From Heptranchias perlo (lineage: Eukaryota), in the NCBI RefSeq assembly GCF_035084215.1, contig NC_090329.1, positions 32,860,001-32,924,000 of the forward strand: 64,000 nt of DNA. Direction: 5' to 3'. A program made the position numbers and the translations under genes. The notes below the pieces were generated by a model that worked only from the letters and a program-made list of their open reading frames with translations, was not told the origin of the DNA and did not search any database. Positions 13,561 to 23,498 of the stretch are shown here, in pieces. How positions within the stretch are numbered: the first letter of the stretch is position 1; every line of letters begins with the position of its first letter.

Positions 13561-14774
13561 TGTTACTATAAGGAAACTTTATGATTATATAATGGAATGG
13601 GGAGGGGAAAGAAATGTTTGAAATAGAAATATACTGACTTCTCGTACCAAGAAATTTTAAACTTCAAGCAATTGGGGTGAAATTGCATTATGCAATAATG
13701 CAATCATATAAAATGTCTTTGTCCACTATTTTAATGAAGGTATTAACCCATTTAAAATAGATAACCTAATGCCTTCATTAAAACAGTGGGGAGAAGAATT
13801 TCATACAATTGTACGATACATTTACATGCCACAATCACAGATTTCAATTCAATTATTGCTTTGCTTGTTAACATGCAAGTTAAATTCTACTTAATATACC
13901 TCAATGTTATGAAAAATGATTGTAGTTTCTAAATATCACTCACTAAGTAAAGACATTGGCTGTGTTTGCGATGGTATTGAAATCTTAAAAGATGTACTGG
14001 CTCGTGGTTGTTAATTTCTCCCCTTTTAGATTTCCATTTATTTATGTACAAAATTTTCAGTGGAAGGAACAGGTGGGCGATCGACTCTCTCTCCGTGCTG
14101 CATTGTAACTGGCCATCAGAAAGTGCTTGAGATCAGCCAGGAGCGCTCTAGTTTGCCGACCCTTTTCCTTTGGATAAACAACTATCTCCATGCAGCACCG
14201 TTCCAAGATAGGGTGTATATTTTAAAGTAAAGTTTCTAGTGGCACAAAGAATTAACAAACAGAAACAAATTCTAACACACTATGAAACAGACAATACATG
14301 ATAGTTACAGAATAAACAGCCTTATTAGATTTTAATAGTGCATGAATGTGGCATGGAATGACTGTAAAATACATGTTTTCTGCAATAATAACCTGGACCC
14401 TATGAAATCATTCCAGAAAATGTCTATGAACTCTTAAGCTGTAACCCTTCAACCTCAAACAAGAAACAAACTTCATCTTGTTTGCTGTTTATGCAACCTT
14501 GATTTGTGCAAATTGACTGCCATGTTTGCCGAAACTGTTAATAGCATCTGTGTCTTGATCCTTCTCCGTTCTGCTATAGTATCGAGGGATATGATTTAAT
14601 GAGCAAATCATTCATTACGGCTTGATGAATATGTCTCCAACTCCTGATTCTCGCTTCACTGTCAACATCTTCCTCATCTATATCCTGCTCCAACTGTGAT
14701 GCCTCAACACAGGGTGTATCTCTCTTATTTGCAATCAGTCAATACACTATCATGGATTTTATAACACCTCAAGA

Positions 14775-15061
14775 AAAATATATTGGCCTTGGAAGGGATA
14801 TAGTGCAAATTCGCCAGAATGATACCGGGGGGGGGGGGGGTTAAAGGGTTAAATTATGAGGCCTGCTTGCATAAACTTGGCTTGTATTCCCTTGAGTATA
14901 GAAAATTGAGGTGTAATTTAATCAAGGTGCTTAAAATGATAAAAGTATTCGATAGGGTAGATAAAAAGAATTTAATTCCCCTGGTGAGGGAGTCCAGAAC
15001 AAGGGGGCATAATCTTAAAATTAGAGCTAGGCCATTCAGGAGTGAAATCTTCACACAAAGG
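14775..15061 (+). mobile_element. Degenerate CR1 3' fragment
   Basis: Peptide LGLYSLEYRKLR...RTRGHNLKIR. Confidence 0.8.
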
Positions 15062-16105
15062 TACCCAGCATATTCAGGTCCCAGCTTAATTTTTGGCCCT
15101 TCTGGTGCACTCCTGCTAAAGTTATAGTGGGAGTGAACTACAACTGCTGTAGATTTTCAGCCCCAAATTATCCATCAGTAATAAGCAAAGGTCAATATAT
15201 GCCTCACAAAATTACATAGCCATTGTGAACAGCCCTGTCCCACCAACAATTACAATAAGAGACTCTTGCACGGGTCCTGTAATACATTGAACAGTGTTAT
15301 TTTACATGTTTCTAGAATGCCCAAAGACTAGCAATAATTCTTAATTGCTATTACACACACTTTCTGCATTATTATTCAGCCCAGCACTTCCTGTTAAGGC
15401 AAATTTCAGAACTAGCAGCCAAAAATGGAAGAAATTGGCATGGCCATGGATACTTAAAATCCCACTGTGGTAATGCACATTTTACACATTGATTTAACTG
15501 TAATAACTGCAGGATTTCGAACCTCAGTCTCCTGGGTGTAGTGTTTAAGATCTTGCGGTAGAAATTACATAGACGCTGTTCATTGGCTGTAAAGCACTTT
15601 GGGACGTCCAGAGGCTGTTCTCATACCAACATTTAACAGGTCGAGGCAATGACCACAATTTTCCTCTCGTTAATGTCAATGGACGAAAATCGCAGGCAGA
15701 GCATCCAATTTTTTTTGATAAGCCACCCGCTGTATGTGAGTGCCCTTCCCCTCCCCTAACTAAATATGTAAAAATTAGTCAACACAGTATGAAGTAAACT
15801 TGATGGGAGTCCATTCAACATATAAACCGCCCTGTGTGGGTACAATAATTCTAACCTGGAATCTCACATGAGGTTTGCTGCTTTTCTATTTACATGTCAG
15901 TGACTTTATCGATCAGCAGAGAAGAATATCGCCAGAGCTGTATTCATAGTCCTGCCCACCCCCTGCGTCAACATGATCATGTTAATAAAAGTCATCAGGC
16001 TGCCCTTAGTCTGTTCATCTCATGAGATAATTATTTTCAGATATTCGCAGGGTATGTTACTTTTTTTTATTCTCCACACAACTAGGTTTGACCTCATCCT
16101 TCAAA

Positions 16106-16199
16106 ATGAGATTAATGACCGTTCTGGGGATTGTATTCATGATAATTTGTGTAGGATTACTGCTCCCTTCTAATAAGGAAGATGAAATGATTGTGACTG
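16106..16199 (+). CDS. TPO: Thyroid peroxidase, first coding exon (human exon 2 equivalent), signal peptide MRLMTVLGIVFMIICVGLLLPSNKEDEMIVT
   Basis: ATG at 16106 in AAAATGA context, hydrophobic signal peptide, acceptor AG at 16084-16085, donor GTAAGT at 16200. 94 coding nt, phase 1, as I recall for human TPO exon 2. Confidence 0.85.
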
Positions 16200-17312
16200 G
16201 TAAGTTTTCAAGTTTATTGCTTCAATGTGTTACTTTCAAAAACAACCTTTTTTTTGGAAATGAGAGAGTCTCTGAGTTCGTTTATGTACTGAAAATTATG
16301 TCTAACGTTAATTGTTTTCACAATGTTCTTAACTTTATGCTTTTGGGGTTTCTTGGAGCAAAGGTTTGAAGAGTATTTTCATCTGATGTGAGAGATATAA
16401 ATGTACGTATTATTTTGGAAAGATCCAAAATCAAGTCTAAGTTTTTTTTTAAATGTGAGTAAGTTCTCGTGCTGGCTCAGCCAAATAACTGAGTCATACA
16501 GACCAGGAAGGCCCCAAGTCCTTCTCTGAGCTAACTGAACTAAGCTGGGGTGGCAGTAGGAGTGCTACAATAGGCCCCTGGGTTAGCAAGGAAAATGTCA
16601 GTCACATATCCTGCTCCTGATCAAAGTACAGTGACCGCTGCTGGATGTGCACATATATGGACATCAGATAAGGAGAGGATAGGGCCCCACTGTAAAATGG
16701 AGAATCAACACTGACTGTAAAAGTTCATGCCTGAGTATTAGCCATTTGGGCAAGGCTCTGGAGGGTGAACATCTATGGAACTATACTTCAGTATGAGTCA
16801 GTGGGGTGGAAATTGGATTGGGCCTATTTTCGGGCCCAAAACAGGCAATGTGCTGAAGTAGAAGGACTGAGGCTCACCTGAAATTGGGTGTCGGGCTTCA
16901 TTTTAACAATAGGTGTGAGCTGCCAGTGCCTGTCGTGTCTCTGAAGGCAGCTCCTCCGATTGCAGCATCCAATTTGGGCCGTCTGCCTCACCAGCAGCAG
17001 CCCTCGGATAATTCCTTTGGAAGGGGGTAAGAAAGACAGGAGGGGGTCAATCACTGGCCAGTAGAGGCCCTCAGGAATGCAGCAGAGCCAGGAGCAGCAT
17101 TTATGCTCCTCCCTGCTCCACAGAAAGGTAAGAAAAAGAAAATCAAAAGCAAAATACTGCGGATGCTGGAAATCTGAAATAAAAACAGAAAATGCTAGAA
17201 ATACTCAGCAAGTCAGGCAGCATCTGTAGAGAAAGAAACAGAGTTAACGTTTCAGGTCGATGACCCTTTGTCAGAACTGGAAGAAGTTGAAGATTAAACA
17301 GTTTTTAACTAA

Positions 17313-17673
17313 TGTAAGGAGTCTTACAACACCAGGTTATAGTCCAACAGCTTTATTTGAAATCACAAGCTTTCGGAGCTTTCCTACTTCGCCAGGTGAG
17401 TGCAGGGTTCCATAAAGGCACAGCATATATAGTCAGAGAACAATGCCTGGTGATTACAGATAATCTTTCCAACTGTAAATCTTTCCAATCTGTAATCACC
17501 AGGCATTGTTCTCTGACTATATATGCTGTGCCTTTATGGAACCCTTCACTCACCTGACGAAGGAGGTAAGCTCCGAAAGCTTGTGATTTCAAATAAAGCT
17601 CTTGGACTATAACCTGGTGTTGTAAGGCTCCTTACATTTGTCCACCCCAGTCCATCACCGGCATCTCCACATC
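17313..17673 (+). mobile_element. Penelope-like family A, fold-back insertion 2
   Basis: ~150 bp inverted arms plus tail. TSD ACAGTTTTTAACYAA at 17298-17312 and 17674-17688. Confidence 0.92.
17550..17586 (+). ncRNA. Minimal type I hammerhead ribozyme motif
   Basis: UCAC-CUGACGA-A-GGAG-GUAAG-CUCC-GAAA-GCUU-GUGA. Confidence 0.7.
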
Positions 17674-18827
17674 ACAGTTTTTAACCAAGCACAGAGTTAG
17701 GGAAAGGGGGGTGTGGAAAGAGGAGGGGAGGGAGGAAAGAACAAAAGGGAAGGTCTCTGATAAGGTGGAGGGCAGGAGTGACTAAATGACAAATGGGATG
17801 ATGGTGCAGGCAAGGAGGGTGGTAATGGGACAAATAAAGAAACAAAAGATGAATCTAAAGGAGCTGCAAATGGCAACAGCAGAACCATTACCAGCACCTG
17901 CTGTCTGAAAAAAAAAGGAGCAGTGTTTATGATCTGAAGTTATTGAAATCAATGTTGAGTCCAGGAGGTTGTAAAGTGCCTAATCGAAAGATGAGCTGCT
18001 GTTCCTCAAGCTTCCATTGAGCTTCATTGGAACAGTGTAAGAAAAAGTAAATATTTGGTCGGCTCCAGTAACTCCACCAAAGCCCGGAGTCTGCTTCGCT
18101 CAGCACTGATGAATTTTGCTGAGGGGGCCTTAAACATGTGTTAATCTCCTCATTAGCATATGCAAGAGGCCTAACGCCTGTTTAAGACGGCCACCCGGGA
18201 GGCCTGAAAATCATCAGAGGACCAATTTCTATCCCAGTGCCTTCAGGAGAGCTGGGAAGGGAAGGAAAATTTGGCAAGAAAAGCTAAAACAAACCATGAA
18301 ATGTAACAATTATTTTTGTTGGATGTTTAAGTTGAAGGCAATCAGATGAAATCACTTAATAGTGTCTCTTTGAATATTGATTTTTTTTTGCACTAATATC
18401 TATTTACATGGGGTTACTTTTGGTGTGCATTGTGATTTACTTGATATAAAAGAAGAGGATGTTATGCTTGGTTGGGTCCATGAGTTATATAAATATCTTC
18501 TCATTTGATAGCCATGAGGTATATAAATATTGTATCATATTGATTTTTTTTCAGCTCATTAATGTTGAAACTTCTTTTTTCAGCTGTTCATTTTTAATTG
18601 GTGTACTTGCTTCCATGGGGACAGAGCTTTCTGACAACTGGGTCAAAAATGCACTGTTCATAAAGCCCTTTGCTAAGAATCTTGACCATTCACTCATTTA
18701 TTGTTAATGTAGCAACATTATGTGAATAAAGGCATAATGAACCAAATTAGATTCCATATCATTGAGCTGTCCAGCCAGTTGAATGGGTGAGTCTACTATT
18801 TCTAATTTGAATGAGAGAAGACATCTG

Positions 18828-19865
18828 GGGCTCAATTTTAAAAGCAAAGTCCGGATGCGCTGAGGGCAAAGAAAATCGGAGAAATCCAGAGCGAGCAGGA
18901 TTCCCGGCTCCAACTCGCTGAAGGATGCCCACGACCCAGAGTCATCTGGGTGCACGCGCCGTTCCCGAACCCGGAAATCCCACCGGCAATTAAAACCAGT
19001 GGGACGATATTTAAACAAGCAAATTTACCTCATTGAGGTACTTAAGGCAATTTATTTTTGGCATATTGGCCACCTCAAAAGATTTTGGCCTTACCTGGGC
19101 GGCTTTCCCACAGCTTCCAATTCACGTCTGGTGAAAGCAGAAGTGAAGGGCCGCATCAGGCAAAAATAAACTAAATAAATTAAATAAAATTACATTTCCC
19201 ATTGTAAAAAAATAAATAAACATCTTTGCAAACGATGTCACCTGCAACCCCTGCTCCGATGTCTCTCCCCCCCCCCCACTCCGATGTCCAATGACTCTAT
19301 GATGTCCGATGTCTCCTCCGCTCCAATGTCCGATGTCTCTCCCCCCCTTCCAATGTCCAATGACTCTCCGATGTCCGATGTCTCTTCCACTCACATGTCC
19401 GATGTCTCTCCCCCCTTTCCGATGTCCAATGTCTCTCCCCTACCTCCAATGTCCGTTAACTCTTCGCGCCCTCCGATGTCCGATGCCTCTACCCCCCCTC
19501 CCGATGTTCGATGTCTCTCCCTCCCCCATCCCCCCGATGTCTCTTCCCCCCTTCCGATGTCCAATGTCTCCCCCCTTTCCCCCTCCCTCCGCTCTTTGTC
19601 TACCCCCCACTCTCTCGCAATGGCCGATGAGGTCATTCTCTGTCTCATTCTCTCCGCCCCCCCCCCACCAAAGGATATACAGCTCCTGTCAGCAGCCAGC
19701 CTGTCAATCAGGCTGGCTGCCGGGTGCAAAACCCGGAAAAGGCTTTAATTGGCCTCATTAGGGTATAGATCGCAACCCGCCTACTTCCGGGTTTGGCACT
19801 AGCAAATCACACCCACCCCCCCACCCCACCCACTGCCATCCCGCTGCCCATTTAAAATTGAGCCC
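18828..19865. mobile_element. PIF/Harbinger-like MITE with an internal C-rich CCGATGT array
   Basis: Perfect 15-bp TIR GGGCTCAATTTTAAA and 3-bp TSD CTG. Related copy at 43543-44558. Confidence 0.8.
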
Positions 19866-20134
19866 CTGGTCTCCAGGAACCAGAAATATAAAAGCCAATG
19901 TTAAATATAAGACCCTATGTTGTTATTTTCATAAATTCCTTCCACTTACATTTTTCCATTCTGAGCTCTGCCAGTAACACATGTCAAGAAGAGGCCACTA
20001 TTAGCAGTTTACTGTCTTTACTATAATGCTCTTCGCAGGTGTCTGAACGATGATTCTGATCACAATTATTATGTTTTAAAGCATGATGCCAACCTGAATC
20101 AAACTATCAAATCATCTTGATCATAGTTCATGAA

Positions 20135-20357
20135 TTGTAAACAATTTTACAACACCAAGTTATAGTCCAGCAATTTTATTTGAAATTCACAAGCTTTCGG
20201 AGGCTTCCTCCTTCCTCAGGTGAATGTGAACATTCACCTGAGGAAGGAGGAAGCCTCCGAAAGCTTGTGAATTTCAAAGAAAATTGCTGGACTATAACTT
20301 GGTGTTGTAAAATTGTTTACAATTGTCAACCCCAGTCCATCACCGGCATCTCCACAT
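20135..20357 (+). mobile_element. Penelope-like family A variant, fold-back insertion 3
   Basis: ~94 bp near-perfect arms with a ~4 nt loop and the same tail. ATCATAGTTCATGAA is duplicated at 20120-20134 and 20356-20370. Confidence 0.92.
20232..20272 (+). ncRNA. Minimal type I hammerhead ribozyme motif (identical motif on the - strand at 20185-20225)
   Basis: AUUCAC-CUGAGGA-A-GGAGG-AAG-CCUCC-GAAA-GCUU-GUGAAU, with 6-bp stem I and 5-bp stem II. Confidence 0.75.
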
Positions 20358-21247
20358 CATAGTTCATGAAGAACACTTTGCTTGTGGTCTTGATGCTTTC
20401 CCAAAACATAATAAGCTCAGAATGTGTTCTGGTTTTCTCCATGACACTACTGGACAATGTGAGAATTATATGTAATGATGTGCTCGGTTGTGCTCACTCC
20501 TAACTTACTTTCGCTGTTTCAGTTAAAGCCCAATGCTGCTTTATGAGTCACCCCTACATTTAGAACACAGATATACATATATGTGCAAACCTATACACCA
20601 GAAAACACCAGAAAACAGCGTGGGATCACGCTGTGCAATATTAGCATAAGATCTCAATGCGTTCGTATGACATTCCTTTTGTCTATTATTTTTATGGAGG
20701 TACTAACCCATTTAAAATAATGCCTCTGTTAAACTAGCAGGCAAAGAAACTTCATGCGAACAAGTTCAGCATTTACATGTACACTGTACGATCCCAATCC
20801 AATGATTGCGCTCTTTAAACTATAACATTGCAGGAACTCAATTGCAGTATTTCTCACACTGACCGTGATGTTGAAATGATCAACGCATTTCACCACAAAC
20901 AAGTAAAACTGCTCTCAATGGGTTTCATGGCTCTGCTCTCCAAGGAACCACAGATAGTTATTTATTATACTTGCACTTGATGCACTAACCTTCTGTTGCT
21001 CCTGCCAATGCATCTTATCCATAAAGATTAGCATATCTGTCACCATTAGAGGACTGAAACACCCCCACATATCCTATAGAACCAGAAAAATATTAATATA
21101 ATAATAGCATCAACAAAACATGATGAAGTATGAGATTCTTTTTCTGCTCCACCCTCACAAAGTGAAAACCCATCCTAAAAATTACATTTATAAAATCATC
21201 ATTTAATGGAAATTGTTATTCTTTTATTCTGATATTTACCAGTATAT

Positions 21248-21670
21248 GATAGCGTAATGGTTATGTTAGTGGACGAGTAATCTAGAGGCCTGGATTAATA
21301 ATACAGGGACTATGCGTTCAAATCCCACCATGCAATCGAGAATTTGAATTCAATTTTTAAAAATCTGGAAATAAAAAGCTGGTCTCAGTAAAAGTGACCA
21401 TGAAGCTGACAGATTGTCGTAAAAACCCAAATAGTTTATTAACAGGAAACCTGCCATCCTTACCTGGTTTGGCCTGTATGTGGCTCCAGTCCTACACCAA
21501 CGTGGTTGACTCTTAATTGTCCTCTGAAGAGGCCTAGCAAGCCACTCAGTTACATCTAATACTATTGCAACAGCTCAAAAATAATTTCCACCACCTCCTT
21601 CTCAGAGCAACTAGGGAGGAGAATTAATACCAGCCTTGGCAGTGGTGCCCACAGCTTGAAAATGAAGTTT
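21248..21670 (+). mobile_element. tRNA-derived SINE whose 3' tail resembles the LINE at 54855-56272
   Basis: A-box-like TAGCGTAATGG and B box GTTCAAATCCC. Other copies at 26740-27112 (-) and 35395-37185 (-, split by L2). Confidence 0.7.
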
Positions 21671-22308
21671 TAAATAAGAAATTATACTGTATCCTTACTC
21701 CACTCCTAGGATACCAGTGCAATCCTATTTTTGATACACTCTCAAGAGTATAAAACTGCATCAACATTGATATTCTCATTCAGACTGGCCAGGTGGCTCA
21801 TGCTGGTGACTGAGGGAATATTGGATCATAAAGCTGAGTGTAAAATCCCTCATCAACACTTTGATCAGCACAAAAACTCACAGGCAAACATAAAGAAATA
21901 CCACACAAAACAATCTCAATTCGGTTCCAGTAGACATGGCCCACTTTACAAAAACCACCCTCACTCAGAAAGGCTGCAGGATGGTTACTGTGGAAAATAG
22001 AAAAATGTCACATTGGTGGAATTGCTGAGGTTGCATTCCTGAGGTTGGAGCTGAACCAAGAAATGATGTAGTGAGAATGAATGAGAAAATGTAAATAATG
22101 AAATGAGCATCAACTCAGTTACAATCATGCTAACCCTTAAATATCTGCAAAGCTGAAAAGTTGTTGAAGTGAGTGAAACTTCAATAAACAGAGCTATTGG
22201 TATAATAAATCAATAAATCATAAATATAGTCACCACATTGCTTAATGGTATATCAGAAGATGCTACTGTGCAAATCATCATTTTTCTTGTACTACGTAGA
22301 ATATTTAG

Positions 22309-22393
22309 AAAAGCTTGGCGACCCCTTTTTATCCAGTGTGGTTCAAGAAGGATTAAACATGGTGGACAGTGCTGTGTATCACACAATGAAAAG
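22309..22393 (+). CDS. TPO: TPO exon 3 (EKLGDPFLSSVVQEGLNMVDSAVYHTMKR)
   Basis: 85 nt, AG/GTAAGA boundaries, phase 1 to 2. Resembles human [21 protein letters not shown]. An in-frame alternative acceptor would start the exon at 22300. Confidence 0.88.
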
Positions 22394-23498
22394 GTAAGAG
22401 CAACACTAAGACCGAAAAACCTATTACAAATAAACAGTTCTCTAAAAAATTAAGTTAGACTAGTAGATGCCTTGTGGCCTTGCCCACAGGTTCCCTGAAT
22501 TTCCACAGAGGCTGTCCTGATCGCCTGCCATAATTTTGGCAAGGGGTTGGTGAAAAGCGGACTCCTAGATTTAATTGTCCTCATTGGTCTTGTGATGTGC
22601 AGACTCCGAATGGCATTTTCAGGTCTTGAGTAACCTAACCAGCGGTCCTTAAAGAGACTGCTGGAGGCCGCTCAAAAATGGCCCAAAAGTTTGGGACATT
22701 GTTAGTATTTTGCAGAGTCAGAAGGACCAGGAATGTTCCTCTTGGTTCCACAATACAACTGTGAGCTACAACTACAACTACAACTACAAGCTGCTACCGA
22801 CCCGCCCTCGCCCCTTCCCAATTGCCTCCTCCCCCCAGGACTCAGGCGGGAGCCAAAATTTGTAAGGCCATGACAGGTGAACAGGGGCACCTCATTGGCA
22901 CTCGTAGCTCACCTGATTTATTCTGAGGACGCCCAAGGATGAATTTACCTCAGTCCTCGAGCCTCTCCATTCAGGTGCACCATCGCTGCGCACTGCCAGA
23001 ATGGCACCAATTGGGGCGCTTGGGAATTTAAGCCATTCTGTCCTTACTTTTGTGTATCCATTATAGTTCACATTTATAATGGAAACTGCCAGGTAAACTT
23101 GTCACATTGTAATTACACCCTCCCACCAATGGAGACAAGATGAAAGATTCCTTATAGCGATTCTTTATGAGAATGAGTACTTGAAATTTAGTTACAGATA
23201 CAATTTGGATGATCTGAAGTTGAATTCTAATCCAAATTAAAGATTTCTTAATTACATCAACTAATCAGAGATTGTTTAGATTGACAGAATCCTAAAGAAC
23301 AATATTTGGCTTCACCATCAAAAATGCATCCAAAAGAAAAGACCTAAAAGTTCAGCTCCAATTGTCTAGCGTAAACAGGATCCTCTAAATCTGTAATTCA
23401 TCCTGTGTTTCATAATCTGCCTTATACATAACACATTTAAATAACAATCAGATTAATGGGTTGAAAAATTAGAATGTAGTGATTAAGCTCTCCCTGTA

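Larger units (their letters stand above)
17144..18036 (-). mobile_element. Penelope-like element family B, 3' part, with GIY-YIG C-terminus and a mutated hammerhead motif
   Basis: The minus strand encodes CSNEAQWKLEEQQLIFRLGTLQPPGLNIDFNNFRS*. TSD GTAAGAAAAAGWAAAT at 17128-17143 and 18037-18052. Confidence 0.85.
16803..18235. mobile_element. Harbinger-like MITE hosting nested Penelope elements
   Basis: TIRs GGGGTGGAAATTGG / CCAATTTCTATCCC (12/14 match), with 3-bp TSD AGT on both sides. Confidence 0.7.
16470..18275 (+). mobile_element. Old SINE-like repeat, split by the MITE at 16803-18235; related copies at ~30940-31450, ~32160-32510 and ~44670-45040
   Basis: Shared blocks ctacaa..gcc..ctgggytag, cctgctcctgatc, ccacttgg, gagtcagyrycttcagga. 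Confidence 0.55.

Noticed and set aside
1-16000. Exons of an upstream neighbour gene (SNTG2 is the neighbour in human)
   Set aside because: I could not recognise any matching coding exon. A tblastn search would be needed to exclude it.
16052-16085. Apparent GT...AG mini-intron just before the TPO start
   Set aside because: At 34 nt it is too short for a vertebrate spliceosomal intron. More likely it is the acceptor end of a longer intron 1.
17353-17592. Mirror-image ORFs MKSQAFG... on both strands (also 5169, 5795, 20180)
   Set aside because: They are artefacts of the palindromic Penelope arms and start at non-ATG codons in non-coding pLTR sequence.
18459-18707. Hydrophobic ORF with acceptor-like sites as a candidate TPO exon 3
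   Set aside because: It has no peroxidase similarity and no suitable donor. The exon at 22309-22393 fits phase, size and sequence.
19284-19761. Pro/Ser/Met-rich ORFs (also 43899-44429, 41988-42500, 26160-26683)
   Set aside because: These are low-complexity arrays inside MITEs, open in several frames at once, with no splice or homology support.
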